A stretch of DNA of 64,000 nucleotides from positions 126,480,001 through 126,544,000 of the forward strand of contig OX597818.1 in the NCBI GenBank assembly GCA_951406725.2, given 5' to 3'. The notes beneath the pieces are model-generated. The model had not been told where the DNA came from and made no database searches. It was given only the letters and a program-made list of their open reading frames with translations. Each line of letters begins with the position of its first letter. Within the stretch, counting starts at the first letter, position 1. The position numbers and the translations under genes are program-made. Origin of the DNA: Octopus vulgaris (lineage: Eukaryota). Positions 29,258-44,097 of this stretch are shown here, piece by piece.

Positions 29258-29548
29258 TACTAATTACAAACACGTGACTAATTGCCTAAATATATCTTAT
29301 GCTTCTATGCATATATATGCCTGTGTAAACGCGCGTGTATGCGTGTGTGTCTGTATGTGTGTGTGTGTGTGCGTGTGTATGGGTGTGTGTGCATGTGTTT
29401 ATAATTAGTACTTCTAAATATTTAATTCTTATAACCCAATTTTATAAGCGTAACTATAAATTCATTCCAAGCAAGCTTATGTAATATCAACACAAACACA
29501 ACCTTTCACATACCCATACGTACCTACAACTAAATCAGCACGCGCACA
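29258..29548. repeat. Dispersed repeat with internal inverted repeat (second copy at 37680-37902)
   Basis: The blocks ctaattgcctaa, ttcttataaccca, cattccaagca, ctttcacatacc and cagcacgcgc are shared in the same order. Confidence 0.75.
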
Positions 29549-29770
29549 CAAAGAATTAGACAAGGAACGTCAACACTATAATGGTAATTCTTTTAATGGC
29601 ATCATCTATTTCAAGAGAACTCCACATAGCTGAAGACTTATCTCTTTTGATTTTATGACTCTGACATATTATTCTGACAAACATTTACATTCTTGCACAT
29701 CATTCTTCTTTCACGTCCTACTTCCTGCATTCCAGACCATCAAACTATACAATGATCGTAACGTAAACCA

Positions 29771-29804
<34 letters not shown>

Positions 29805-30184
29805 CATACATACATACATACACAAACACACATACAGACATCCATACATACACACATACATACATAAAAACATGCATACATACACACAGACACACACACA
29901 TATATACACATATATATACATGCATAAATACATGCATGCATACATACATACATACATATACTTACATACACACACATATACATACACACACAGACATGCA
30001 TACATACATACATGCATGTATATATGCATACATACTTACAAATATACACGCATACACACACGCATATACACCTACTTCCTTACATATATGCATATACACG
30101 TAGGTACATTTGTACATACATACGTATTTACTTATATACATACGTACATATATACATTCATACATACATACATACATACATACA

Positions 30185-30216
<32 letters not shown>

Positions 30217-30469
30217 CATACTGACATATATGTATATATAGATACATACTTATAAACTTACCTACATACATATACATGTACATGTGTACATCTATCCATA
30301 CATAGTTACCTACATATATACAGACTTATTAGCTTACATTTATACATCCATCCATCAGTCCATCCATCCCCCCATCCATCCATCCATCCATCCATCCATT
30401 CATACATACATACATACATACATACATACATACATACATACATACATACATACATGGTATAGCGGCTGC

Positions 30470-31008
30470 CTCCTCGTTATCTAGTATGGCCATTGCACAA
30501 AGCTTAATCAATGTTGTTATCGTGCAATGCCTGTGCAAGAAGATTTTTTTTTTAATTGAGGAAAGGCTGTGCACTGAGTCAATCCCACTGACTAAGCAAC
30601 AGCAGCCATAATCCGAAAAGAAGAACAAGTCAACATCATCGGTAACCACTGAGCCGCAGTTTATGTCGGATTTATCGCAGTTACCTGAGTTACCTTCTCC
30701 TAGAAGGATGCCCTAACAAAAGCTAGGAGTCCTTCACCTCCAATGGTTTAACCGCGCGATCGGGTATTCAGTCCGATTATTTCTATGTCCTCGCGCCTGA
30801 TCCAGCCTTAAGACATTTATTGGATGGCCATTGACTCTTAAGAGTTCCTCCGCCCTTTCACGGGTTTTGTTTTTCATCCCGCAGGGTGACCAATAAACAC
30901 CCTCCTCACCAAGCAAGGTAACTTTCGAGTGCTGCTGGTAACATATTACCCAGTACAACCTGTTGCATGGTCGTGTCGTCGGCGACTAAACCGGCAACCC
31001 CACCAAAC

Positions 31009-31010
<2 letters not shown>
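30470..31010 (-). mobile_element. Possible RTE-related 5'UTR or non-autonomous element within (TACA)n
   Basis: A higher-GC block between (TACA)n tracts. The minus-strand gggcatccttctaggagaagg resembles an RTE 5'UTR motif as I recall it; this is unverified. Confidence 0.3.
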
Positions 31011-31039
<29 letters not shown>

Positions 31040-31319
31040 CATACATACATACATACATACATACATACATACATACACTCACAGAGTTGTATATATGCTG
31101 GCATATAAAATGACGACATGCGTTATTAGATCTAAACTGAAATCAGAACAGAAATATCGACCCAAATTATTTTTTCTCTCTTTTATTTGTGTTTATTGTT
31201 CCTTTGTATGTTTCTGCTCCAGTCACAGTTTCGATTTATATAATTGTATATAGCTTTACACTGTATGGTTAAAAAAGCATGCGTGTATATTCCATACACG
31301 CGCACTCACACACGCATAC

Positions 31320-31510
31320 TTTTATTCTTCTACTGTTTCAGTCATTTGACTGCGGCCATGCTGGAACAATGTCTTTAGTCGAGCAAATCGACTCTAGGAC
31401 TTATTCTTTGTAAGCCTAGTACTCATTCTAGTTACGCTAAGTTACGGGGACATAAACACACCAACATTGGCTGTTAAGCGATGGTGGGGCGACAAACACA
31501 GACACAAAAA
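31320..31510 (-). mobile_element. SINE family A 3' part
   Basis: tgtttcagtcatttgactgcggccatgctgg...gacttattctttgtaagcctagtac. Confidence 0.8.
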
Positions 31511-31532
31511 TACACACACACACACACACACA

Positions 31533-31668
31533 ATATATGGTTCTATATTTAAGAGATGTGGAATTATGTACATTATTTACATTATTTACATTTGACATAT
31601 TTGTCCTCATCTTGTTTGTTGTTAATACAACGTTTCGGCTGATATAGCCTACAGCCTTTATCAGGTAA
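31533..31668 (-). mobile_element. PLE terminal fragment with degenerate HHR (31629-31664)
   Basis: Minus strand CTGATAA-a-ggctg taggctatat cagcc-GAAAC-GTT, with a 5-bp stem II and a G8>A change. Confidence 0.6.
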
Positions 31669-31744
31669 TGTGAATAATAATAATAACAATATTATTATTA
31701 TTATCATTATTATTATTATTATTGTTATTATTATTATTATTGTA

Positions 31745-31779
<35 letters not shown>

Positions 31780-31780
<1 letters not shown>

Positions 31781-32846
31781 TTTTTTTTTCTTCTTTTTTT
31801 TTTTTTTTCTTCTTTCAAATTTTCTTCCATTTCTTGCCGAGTGTCTTCCCGACTCCTAGGGCAAAGAAACTCATAGTGTATATTGGTAGGCCATTAAACC
31901 AAACTCAGTAGTTCGTTCATTTTTTTTTTTTTTTTTTTTTTTTTTAAGTTAAATTAAAATACATGAGCAGCAACAGTTCTCACATCGACAATGCTCTTCT
32001 CAATACGTGTGATGTACCAGTTAAGACAATCTTTTGCACTTCTTGCAGGGATGGTAAGCCAGGGATTATTCTCATATAATTTTCGGTTCCCTTCTTGATC
32101 ATTCCTAGTGCTCCTACGATCACTGGTATTGTAACCGCCTTGAGATGCCACATTTTCTCAATTTCAATGAGTAGGTCTTTATATTTTCTGAGCTTGTCAA
32201 ACTCTTTCGCTGAGATATTATGATCACAGGGGATGCTCATGTCGATCAATAAGCAAACTTTATTGTTTTGGTCTTTCACAACAATATCTGGTTTATTGGC
32301 CTTGATGGTTCGGTCTGTATGTACTGGAAAGTCCCACAGAATGGTTACATTTTCTCCTTCAGTTACAGCCTCAGGGTGGTGATTATACCACTTGTCGGCA
32401 GTTTTGATATTGTAATGCCGACTTATTAGCCAGTGGAGATATTGGCCAACTCTGTCATGTCTTAATTTATACTCCACTGGTGCTAAGACTTTACATCCAG
32501 AGATTAGGTGGTCCACTGTTTCAATCATGTCGTTGCAGAATCGGCATTTTGGGTCTGCTCCATTTTTCATCACATTGGCCTGGTAGTTCCGGGTTGATAG
32601 GCTTTGGTCTTGAGCAGCCAGGATGAAACCTTCGCTCTCTGCTTTTAGCCCTGAGCTCCGCAGCCACTGATGGGTTTGTTTCTGGTCAACATCAGCTTGT
32701 TTGCTGCGGGTCACATATTTGCCGTGCAGAGGTTTCTCCTCCCACCTATCAGCCAATTGCTCGTGCGCTTTTTTCATTGCCATCATTTTCACCTTCTTTG
32801 CAACAATAGTTGCCGTACTTCCCTCGGGTTGTTCAGTTTGGGTATC
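31780..32846 (-). mobile_element. 5'-truncated R4/Dong-type non-LTR retrotransposon in a (TAA)n tract
   Basis: Intact ORF end, 3'UTR and A-rich tail, with (TAA/TTA)n on both sides. Confidence 0.9.
31980..32846 (-). CDS. C-terminal ~288 aa of an R4/Dong ORF: CCHC knuckle plus restriction-like endonuclease
   Basis: WEEKPLHG, QDQ, CRFC...ETVDHLISGC, RHDRV, KPDIVV...IDMSIP and KLRKY motifs with no stops. The frame stays open upstream of the ORF-track start to the truncation point. Confidence 0.9.
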   Translation of the reverse strand, partial: DTQTEQPEGSTATIVAKKVKMMAMKKAHEQLADRWEEKPLHGKYVTRSKQADVDQKQTHQWLRSSGLKAESEGFILAAQDQSLSTRNYQANVMKNGADPKCRFCNDMIETVDHLISGCKVLAPVEYKLRHDRVGQYLHWLISRHYNIKTADKWYNHHPEAVTEGENVTILWDFPVHTDRTIKANKPDIVVKDQNNKVCLLIDMSIPCDHNISAKEFDKLRKYKDLLIEIEKMWHLKAVTIPVIVGALGMIKKGTENYMRIIPGLPSLQEVQKIVLTGTSHVLRRALSM

Positions 32847-32902
32847 TTATTATTATTATTATTATTATTGTTTTCATTATTATCATCATTATTATTATTA
32901 TC

Positions 32903-32997
<95 letters not shown>

Positions 32998-34989
32998 ACA
33001 CACACACATATATATAAATACATACAAACACATGTATATACACATATAACCAATATATATATATACGTATCTATTTATGTGTGCATACATACGCACACAC
33101 AGATACATGTATAAATACATGCATTCATATCTGCATGCATACATACATACATACATACATACATACATACATACATACATACATACACACATATGCGTAC
33201 ATGTCTACGTATTTGGTTTCGTATTTCTAAGTTCAGATAAGAATCCCCGTTGGGGTACCTACATTGACTTTCATCTCTCACTGCTCTTGATAAAATCAGT
33301 ACCAACGAACCAGCCAACGAACCAGCCAACGAACCAGCCAACCAACCAACCAACCAACCAACCAACCAACCAACCAACCAACCAACCAAACAACAACCAA
33401 CCAACCAACCAACCAAACCAACCAACCAACCAACCAACCACCAACCAACCAACCAACCAACCAACCAACCATCTACTGGTGTCGATTTAATCAACAATAC
33501 TTACTCTCTTAACAGAGTTTTCGACTGGATCTTCTGTAAGGAATTTATTGTGATTTCCTTATTGGCATCGTAATTGTATTGAGAAGTTAGACAGAGGATA
33601 GCAGAGGCAGTAACCATAGCTTTTCCACGCATTGTAAACTGGTTAATATTGATGCTGTCTATACTCAACTTCCTGTTGTTGGTAATTGTGGAGAAATTTC
33701 CAGAAGATTTGCAGTTATGAGAAGGAACGTTTGGACAAAGAGTTTTATGCAGAGTCTGTTAGGTGATATAGTACAAATGGTAATAGGAATTGATTAGTAT
33801 ATTTTGGGCGAGACTTGATGGAGACATTATACATATACCAATTTCAAAGGCCAAATTGCATTGTAGTACCGATAGAAGAAGTTGGAGAGATAGAGAGAGA
33901 CAGAAAAAGAGAGAAAGCGATAAAGAGAGAGAGAGGGGGTGCGTGAATACTCTACATAAAGGTATGAAGAGCGAGTTTTCATTTGTGTGTTCCACAACCC
34001 AATGAATTATAGTTCGTCTCATATAATGTAATGTAGTACGTTGTTTCAAAGCGATTGATTGGCAACATCGTTAGTTTATCGTTGTAATTGCTTTGCAGTA
34101 ATAATTCAGGTTCTCTAGTCAAATATTTCATTTCACCATTTTGGGATCGATAGATTTTTCCTTTTTGGTTTCATCGTTTTGGGGTCTCTGTTTCTCTCAC
34201 GCCATTTTTCTTACTGTCTGACTTCCGTTTCTGGAGGAGATCCGCTGCGTTCAGACGTGGAAAGGGATCGGTTTCACAAGGTTTAAAAATGCCTATGACA
34301 CACCACATGTCACAAGGGCACCCTTTTCACTTCATCAAGGAACTGAGGGTTCATGGCAAGGCAAGAGTATTAGGTAGGCAGACAGCTGAATTGTAAGGAA
34401 AAGAAAAACAGTGTTCAATATAGCAATTAATTTCTAACTTCTGATTAATAAGTTCAAATCCAATAAAGCTCGACTTAATCCGCGAATTTATCCGGATTCG
34501 ATAAGATGATACCAGTCATTACTAGGATAATATAAAATCAATTATAAATTTGTTTCCATTAGCTCTACGAGTTTTGGGCAACAGTGGCATTATTGAATAG
34601 CATGATAACAAGGCATTACTAGGTAGCATGGTAACAGGGCATTATTGAAGAGCATGTTCCAAAAGGGCAGAAAGTTTGGCTGGAAATCATGCGATACAGG
34701 TTCTTATTCTCCTTGCTCTCCTCTTCGTCATTGCTGTTGTGATTTAGCTCCGAGTCAGCGGTAATTAAACTCTGATAAAAAGTATTTCAGTCCTTTATTT
34801 ATTTATCTATTTTACATACTGTCCCTAGGATCACATTACTCCAAAGGTCGACCGGAATAAAAATTTGATGAATTTTTATTTATCAATTTTATTCATTAAA
34901 CATTCACACATTAACACACACACGCATACACACAGACACACACACACACACACACACGCACGCACATACACATAAGAGGAATGTATGTG

Positions 34990-35083
34990 AATCTTTGGAT
35001 TTTTTTAAAATATGCTAGGCCACTGCCACTGGCTTAAATTGATATTAATTTAATTAATATTAATTTCTACCCTCATTAGTTAA

Positions 35084-35086
<3 letters not shown>
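34990..35086 (+). repeat. Short TA-abutting repeat (second copy at 60759-60832)
   Basis: atctt.ggattttttaaaatatgctaggccactg...aatttctaccct followed by (TA)n at both loci. Confidence 0.7.
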
Positions 35087-35139
<53 letters not shown>

Positions 35140-35620
35140 CATACATACATACATACATACATACATACATACATACATACATACATACATACATACTTAT
35201 ATATACATATACATATAAACATACATATATGTATGTATGTATGTATCTTGTCCCTGTTAAATTAACACAAAAGAAAACAATTTCACATTTTTCTCACGCT
35301 ATTTTATCGTACTTTCATATTTTCAAAATAGTTATACAATAATATTCTGTTTATATGGAATTTACAGATGCTCCATTATGCAATAACAACTGGCTTCGTG
35401 CGTCTCATGGAAGAATCAATAAACAATCTTTAGCCACCAGCTTTGTATGGAATATCAATTTGTTCAATTAGGTCTTCAATATTTTGACAGAAATAAACGG
35501 AAGCGTACTGATTTCCACACACCATTAGTTTCTGTTTATCTATCTGTCTGTCTGTATATCTGTCTGTCTATATCTATCTATCTATCTCTCTATCTATCTT
35601 ATCTATCTATCTTATCTATC

Positions 35621-35734
<114 letters not shown>

Positions 35735-36283
35735 CTATCTATCTATCTATCTTTCTATCTATCTATCTATATATATATCTATCTATATATCTATCTATTT
35801 AATACATTGACATATATTTCATTAAAATAATATAGTAAACAGTAAACAATAGGAGACAAGGAATCTAGTAATGGTTTGTCCTGTACATTAATGAGTATAG
35901 CTAAATATTTTAAACATGGAACATATTGATTTACTCCAACGATATACTATTCAAGTATCTTCGAAAATCATCTGTTAAGTAAACGTTAACAGAAATTGTG
36001 AATTCAAGAAAATAAGAATTAAACTTTTAAATTGTTTTAGATGTTTAAAATACAGTGGGTTCTTTGTTTGCAGCAGTAGAGTCAACCTTAGGACTTGATT
36101 GGCATTTTATGTCTCATCCACATATAGTCTATTAATATCCTTGAGTACCTATCATAACTACATTGCAAACGCTGAATTTAGTAAAACAATAAACGATAGT
36201 ATATTACTGGTAAAAATTTGCATAATTTCGTAAGTCAGATGGAGAGAAATGTATAGCGGCGCGCCCCCAAATCATTCCAGAAT

Positions 36284-36700
<417 letters not shown>

Positions 36701-36718
36701 TATTATTATTATTATTAT

Positions 36719-36769
<51 letters not shown>

Positions 36770-36800
36770 CAGCAGCAGCAGTAGCAGCAGCAGCAGTAGC

Positions 36801-36845
<45 letters not shown>

Positions 36846-37112
36846 CAGCCCCCTGTTTATTTTTGTTGCTAGTCCCATTCCCATGACACTGGGCCGGTTA
36901 CACGGTTTCTAAGGCATACAGTTTACCGGGGGCACAAATTTCCTCCCTGAATGGAAGGCCATTATCAGAGTTTCTCACTTGCAGCGGACTGGAGCAATGT
37001 GCAATGAAGTGTTTTTACTCAAGAACACAACGTACCGCTTGGTCCAGGAATCGAAACTACAACCTTGTGATCGTAAGTGCAACATCCTAACCAACAGTCC
37101 ACACACCTTCAC
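36846..37112 (-). mobile_element. tRNA-derived SINE (family C-like head, different tail)
   Basis: ggactggagcaatgtg.aatgaagtgttttt.ctcaagaacacaacg...ggaatcgaaac. Confidence 0.7.
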
Positions 37113-38084
37113 AAATCATTCATTTACGTTTCTATAATTTGGATTCAGACCAGACAAATGTATGCCATAAACCGTTTCTGTGAATGAAGTTGCTAATGTT
37201 TTATAGAAAGGCAAGAATCTCACGCAGTTCAGCCAAGCAGGGCGATAACATTTGTACTTAAAAACCCGTATAATTTGACCTCGGAACCGATGGCTTATTT
37301 ATCTGATCGTATGATAACCTGGAAATGACTGTAAAACACTGAACAAACTGCACTGCACCTTCTTCTATTTTCTTTACTGTCTCGTCAAAATTTAGCGTTA
37401 ACGATAAAACGTTTTTAGCATCAATAGCAGCAGCGACCTACAACCACCACCACCACCAACATCATCATCATCATCATGAAGATCATCATTCTGAGAACCG
37501 CAAATACTAGCAGAGCCTCCGCAATCACCAGCAAAAAAAACCCATCTCTTTCGCTCGTAAGTACAACAAAGCAGCATTTCAGGCAAGAGCACATGACATG
37601 CATTGTTAGGCCTGAAAAGTAAGTCGCGCCAGAAAAAGATATTAAAAAGAAAGTATGCATATACATATACACACAAATGACTAATTATAAACACATGGCT
37701 AATTGCCTAAGTATATCTATGTATCTTTACAGAGGCATGTGTGTATGCATGTGCTTATAATTAGTAATTCTAAATTTTTCATTCTTATAACCCAACTTTA
37801 TAGGCATAATCATAAACTCATTCCAAGCACGCTTGCGTAATAACGACGCAAATATAAACTTTCACATACCCACAAGTAACTATGACCAAACAGCACGCGC
37901 GCATACACACATACACACGCACACATGCAAACACGAATGTATACATACACCCACGTGCATATGCGGGAAAAGAAGAGGTTTGTCCTTTGACGGTGCGTTT
38001 CAGTCTTTGGCGGAATTTTCTTAAAGACGTATTCGGTTTCATTTTCGAATCAAAAGCATAGAATATATGTTTAAATCATAAACA

Positions 38085-38248
38085 AGGCGTAGGAGTGGCT
38101 GTGTGGTAAGTAGCTTGCTTACCAACCACATGGTTCTGGGTTCAGTCCCACTGCGTGGCACCTTGGACAAGTCTCTTCTACTATAGCCTCGGGCCGACCA
38201 AAGCCTTGTGAGTGGATTTGGTAGACGGAAACTGAAAGAAGCCCGTCG

Positions 38249-38279
<31 letters not shown>

Positions 38280-38498
38280 TTGTGTGTCTGTGTTTGTCCC
38301 CTCCTCCCCCACTATCGTTTGACAACCGATGCTGGTATGTTTACGTCACCGTAACTTAGCGGTTCGGCAAAAAAAACCGATAGAATAAGTACTAGGCTTA
38401 CAAAGAATAAGTCCTGGGGTCGATTTGCTCAACTAAAGGCGGTGCTCCAGCATGGTCACAGTCAAATGGCTGAAACAAATAAAAGAGTAAAAGAGTAA
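38085..38498 (+). mobile_element. Full-length SINE family A
   Basis: Same head, core, internal microsatellite and tail as 25655-26110. Confidence 0.9.
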
Positions 38499-39870
38499 GG
38501 GTTCCATGAGGAGTACATACATAGACACACGCACACAACACACATACACACACACACACAACCATACACACATACACACACATCGTCTTTGTAACGATTA
38601 TCGCGTTGCATACTGGTACCTGCTAGTGAACACGCGTAAAGATTATGCAATTTATGAGGTAACGATAAGATGTTTTATTCCAAGCTAACTTCCAGTTTTA
38701 TTCTGATCTGATCTTGGATATGCACTCTCTAATCTATTCCAATGTATATAATATCAAGTGAAAATCGAAGAACAAACGATATTTCATACCTACTTGAAAG
38801 TTGAACAAGCATGGATTAATATGGTGTTCTAAAGCAAACGTTAATTGCTATGCTGACTCATTTGGAACAGGAGCTTTCAACATACGCATACAATGACTTG
38901 AGATCAAAGACAATTCATTTCATTAAACATTTAAAGTGCAGTAGGGCACCACATTATCTCATGTGATAGTCTTTTATTTTAAATGGAGTTGTTTATCTTG
39001 TTCATACTAGTATTGTTTCTGTTGTTGGTCATTAAGAAGCTGGTGGGTTGATAATGGCGGTGGTTGTATACGTTTTGAAGTTTCCAGTTGTTGTGATGAT
39101 ATAAAAGGGAGGTAGTGGTGGTAGCAAAGGTTGACTGAGAAGATCGATCGACAGTTAGATAGAAAGAGAAATTCATTCTGACTGAAGAAAATATTAACAA
39201 ACTCACACACAAATATTCACAATGGAAAATTCCACCTCATAACTCTTAATGCTTATTGCGATCCATAGACAGACAGACATATACACACAGCCTCTAACAA
39301 TATATAGGTAGTATCTATGTATCTGAATTATAGCTTTTCATGTTATGTAAAACCTCGCGAAATGGACTTTTTTGCTGAAAAAAAGTGTGGATTTTAGATT
39401 CTTAAAACTTATCAGTTTCCGTAAGGGCCAAATTATAGAACGTAACTCGAAATTAGTGAGTGGCCATACTTTACAAATATCGTAAGCAGGAAATCCCGTG
39501 GCCAAAGGTTGCCATAACTAAACACACACACACACACACACATACACACACACACACACAAACACACACGCACACACACACGCACAAAGAAACACACACA
39601 CACACGCGCGCGCGTATTTACCATCAAAATACTACTATCACGGCACTCCCAAATTATTATTATTATTATTCCCCTTCTCCTCCTCCTCCTCCTTCTTCTT
39701 CTTCTTCTTCCCTACCAAGAATTCACAAGGACTTCGAACCCACAAGAGTAAACAAGAGAGACAGAGACAGGCAAAAACAAAGAACATGCCACTTGTATTT
39801 GAACACTATACAAATATTCTTTTAAAAAAACTTTTCTTTTAATTTTTCTAAATTTAATTATTTAATTGTT

Positions 39871-39907
39871 ATAGTTGAAAAAGTCTCATTGACTGAAACC
39901 GGTACTG
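39871..39907 (+). ncRNA. Degenerate hammerhead-like motif
   Basis: atag-TTGAAAA-agtc tcatt gact-GAAAC-cg-GTA-ctg, with palindromic accggt and two core changes. It lies upstream of (TA)n. Confidence 0.5.
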
Positions 39908-40227
39908 AAATGTTTTTTATAAAATCATTTCAGCATTTTCTATCTTGACTTTTATATATATATATATATATATATTGTTGTTTTTTGGTTTTTGTACATT
40001 TTTAAATATGAGAACTTTTATAATAGGTTTTTATATTCAATTGTTTATAGGATTTATTTTAGATTATTTTAGATTATATATTGATTATATATAGATTATA
40101 TATAGATTATATATAGATTATATTTTTATTTATTTTTTTATATTCTTTCATTGATAATTTTATTATTTTATTATTTTAAATTATTTTAAATTATATTTTA
40201 AAATATTGATATTTTTAGATCGAAAAT

Positions 40228-40271
40228 CCACCTGAAGATTGTCGGTAGCAGACATGAAACATTTGTAGTGG
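40228..40271 (+). ncRNA. Type I hammerhead ribozyme, intact core
   Basis: ccac-CTGAAGA-t tgtc ggtagca gaca t-GAAAC-attt-GTA-gtgg. The fragment lies between (TA)n tracts at ~39955 and ~40356. Confidence 0.8.
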
Positions 40272-40352
40272 CGGTTTATTTAATTTATATTAAAATTTTA
40301 TGTATTGATTAAGTCTTTCCTTGTTTGGTTTTAAAATAGTGGTTTTGTCTCG

Positions 40353-40411
<59 letters not shown>

Positions 40412-40574
40412 TCCCACAAAAATATATTAATGTTTGTTGCTATGTCGAATTACAATAAAACAATTTAACATTAAACTGGAAAGTTACCCTATAGTTTTTA
40501 TAAACCACATATTCATTATACTTTAACAAGAAAGCGGTGTGATTGTGGCTTCAAAGTTTCGGTTTTCTGCCATT

Positions 40575-40602
40575 CCGACGAACGCTAGCAGGCCGAAACG
40601 TT
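40575..40602 (+). ncRNA. Degenerate hammerhead-like motif
   Basis: ccgacga-a-cgct agca ggcc-GAAAC-GTT. Confidence 0.4.
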
Positions 40603-41227
40603 CAAATCATTTTTACATCCTCGTCTTGTAAAGGTATAATATATACATACGTGTGTGTGTGTGTGTGTACATATATAACAGAGAGAGAGAGAGAGAGAGG
40701 GGAGTGAGAGAGAAAACGAGGCAGTGTGTGAATAGCAGAGATTAGAAAGACACATTCATATATGTATTTGTATATGAATCTGGATATCGTTGTGTGTATA
40801 AGACGGAAAACGTAAGTTTACTGATAATATTTTCTATGGGGATGGAAGCGTAAGAACCAGTAAACGATGAGATATTGGACTTGTTGAACCTGTTACGTAG
40901 AGCAAACAGAAACCATACGGAATTTTCATCACATGGGGATCTCTTTCGCTTCTTGGTAGCAGGTGACCCTGTTATTTCTAGAAATTTGTGTCAACTTTGG
41001 AAAATGGAGAACTGAATAACTCTAAACATACCACAGCAATAATTACAACGACGTTAACAAGAAAAAAAATAAGCAGTATTATACTAGAAAACACTAGCAT
41101 GTACGGAAAGGCCAGTAACAATAATATTGATAACAATTACGCATAACAAATATAGCAATAATGAGAGAAACACAGAATATGAAAGAGTGGGCCTTGTTAT
41201 TCTTGTGCCAAAAATAATAACAATAAT

Positions 41228-41423
41228 TCTTTCTACTATATGTACAAGATCTGAAATTACATTTTTTGGGAGGGAGATCGGGGTAGCTGTGATCGACCCC
41301 CCCACTCCCCAGTATTCAACTGGTACATATTTTATCGATTTTTGAACTCAAAACCTAAGGACGGACGAAACGTCGTAAAGCATTTTATCCGCCATGCTAA
41401 CATTTCTGCCAGCTCACCGCCTA
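41228..41423 (-). mobile_element. SINE family B (internally deleted)
   Basis: caactggtac...ttttatcga...tttgaactca...tttctgccagctcaccgcc. Confidence 0.7.
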
Positions 41424-41468
41424 AATGAACCGAGTACAAATAAAACCCTTTAAAATATTTGTATGTAT

Positions 41469-41515
<47 letters not shown>

Positions 41516-42587
41516 TGCATGCAAGAGTTTTGAAAGCATTTTTTGAATTTCTAATGATCGTGATGAAGATGGTATTAATAATAATAATGACTACATACAC
41601 GCGCACACACGTACGCACACACACGTACGCACACACACGTACACACACATACACACACATGCATATGTGTATCCAAGTATTCTTTTTCTGTTCTTCATTG
41701 ATAGCGTGCAAATGATGTGAAAGATTCCATTCACTTTTAGTGCTCAATACAAGACAAACGAATGCGAATGACTTACACCTTTTATTCAAGGCACCACACA
41801 CAAGGACTTTTCCACATCAAAAATCATTTTAAGAATAATAGTTGATCAACTATAATGTTGTTTGTATATATATTGCTTATGTTATTACATCTTAAAACTG
41901 AAGTGTTACTATAATTAATAACATCTCTGAGAATATAAGGAATATGTTCTAATATATATGATGGAATACAAGAATATCAAATGAAGGATTTTCATTGTAC
42001 CTTTCTAGGTGATATCTGCTTTGACATATCGAAATGCTGTATTATTTTATGTGGCTAAATAGACAGTTACAATTAAATGTAAGTAGATAATATTCGGCAG
42101 AGTAGGGTGGATTTTAGCCGTCGAGCTCAGTAACCATTTTGGTTGTCCCTTCACTCAACGTAACATACCTGCATAAATTGGCAATCCTGTGCAACCTGAA
42201 CACCTTGTAGGACACGTTCCACCGCAGCTATTGTAAAGCAGCAATATGAATACTGTTCAAGGTATTTTCTGGCTTATTTAGTTATAGAAATATAACATTT
42301 ATATCAGTTATTTTGTTATAGTTGCATACAAGTATAATCTACTTTTTAAAATAGAGAAGCACAGGAAAACTAACGAAGATTATCTTGATATATTCCACAA
42401 ATTGATGACCACTTATCAGAAAATAACTACCCATCATTCTTTTACCTACGAAGAGAGTAAATAGTTGATTGCTATCTAAGTGAATGACAAACTAGAAATT
42501 TGTTGTAATGTCTACACTAATTTGCATCTTCAGCATTTGACGGTGACCTGATTAAGTAATATGTATTTTTTATATTTATGTACAATA

Positions 42588-43045
42588 CAGGGGCCGGTAT
42601 GACTGCATACTTAAGAAACTCACTTTGCAACGATTTGGATTCGAATTCAGTCCCATTGTGCGACCCTTTGTCTATATTAACCCAGCCTGATAATCCCTTG
42701 GAAGTAATTTGGAAATTTGGCCAACGGAAGCCGTGTAGAAGCCCGTCATACACACACACACACACACACACACACCATCATGTAGCATACTCTTTCCATG
42801 CTGACATGAATTAGACGGTTTGATTGGAACTGGTAAGCCAGAGAGCATGATCAAGTCCCAGTCTGTTTTTGGCATGGTTTCTACGGTTGGATGCCCTTCC
42901 AAACGCCAATCACTCAAAGACTGCAATGAGTGCTCTTTATGTGCCACCGGCACGGGGGGAGGGCAGTTACATAACACCGGCATCGGTCATGAATACGATT
43001 CCACTTGGCTTCATGAGCACACTCATATATATATATGTATATATA

Positions 43046-43086
<41 letters not shown>

Positions 43087-43410
43087 CGAGTGTGCTCGTC
43101 AAACCAAGTGAAATCGTAGTCAAGACCGACTCCGATGTCACGTATACATATATATATATATATATGAGTGTGCATATGTCTATGTGTATGTGCGTAGTCT
43201 TATGCTTGTGTTTGTCCTCTACCTTACCGCTTGACACCCGGTTTTGGATTGTTTACGACTCCGTAACTTAGCGGTTCTGCTAAAGAGGCAAAGAGAATAA
43301 GAACCAGACATAAAAATAATTTCAGGGGCTAATTTATTCAACTAAACCTTTCAAGGCAGTAACTCCAGCATAACCGAAGTTTAATGACAAAAACAAGTAA
43401 AAGATAAAAA
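42588..43410 (+). mobile_element. SINE family A interrupted by an oppositely oriented repeat (~42776-43020)
   Basis: The head is at 42588-42750 and the tail at 43180-43410. The insert carries ggcatggtttctacggttggatgcccttccaaacgcc. Confidence 0.7.
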
Positions 43411-43491
43411 GCTATGTAAGCAAATTTAAAATAAAACTAAAGAAGTTAAACAACTAAATTGAAATTTTCTCTAAATAGTTATCAACATATC

Positions 43492-44097
43492 CTTTTCTAC
43501 TCTAAGCACGAAGCCCAAAATTCTTGGGGAGGGAGCCAATCGATTAGATCAATTCCAGTACGCAACTGGTGGTTAATTTATCAATCCCGAAAGGATGAAA
43601 GACAAAGTCGACCTCGGCGGAATTTGAACTTAGAACGTAGCAGCAGACGAAATACCTATTTCTTTACAACCCACAAGGGGCTAAACACAGAGAGAACAAA
43701 CAAGGACAGACAAACGGATTAAATTGATTATATCGACTCCAGTGCGTAACTGGTACTTATTTAATCGACCCTGAAAGGATGAAAGGCAAAGTCGACCTCG
43801 GCGGAATTTGAACTCAGAACGTAGCGGCAGGCGAAATAGTGCTAAGCATTTCGCCCGGCATACTAACGTTTCTTATTTCTTTATTGCCCACAAGGGGCTA
43901 CACACAGAGAGAACAAACAAATGGATTGAGTCGATTATATCGACCCCAGTGCGTAACTGGTACTTGTTTAATCGACCCCGAAAGGATGAAAGGCAAAGTC
44001 GACCTCGGCGGAATTTGAACTCAGAACGTAACGGCAGACGAAATACAGCTACACATATCACCCGGCGTACTAACGTTTCTGCCAGCTCGCCGCCTTA
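43492..44097 (-). mobile_element. SINE family B trimer (tandem partial units)
   Basis: aaagtcgacctcggcggaatttgaact occurs three times (~43604, 43788, 43995), with a single 5' head ggcggcgagctggcagaaacgttag at ~44095. Confidence 0.9.

Noticed and set aside
43492-44097. Regularly spaced repeats resembling a CRISPR array
   Set aside because: The intervening sequences are homologous to each other (SINE units), the context is eukaryotic, and there are no cas genes.
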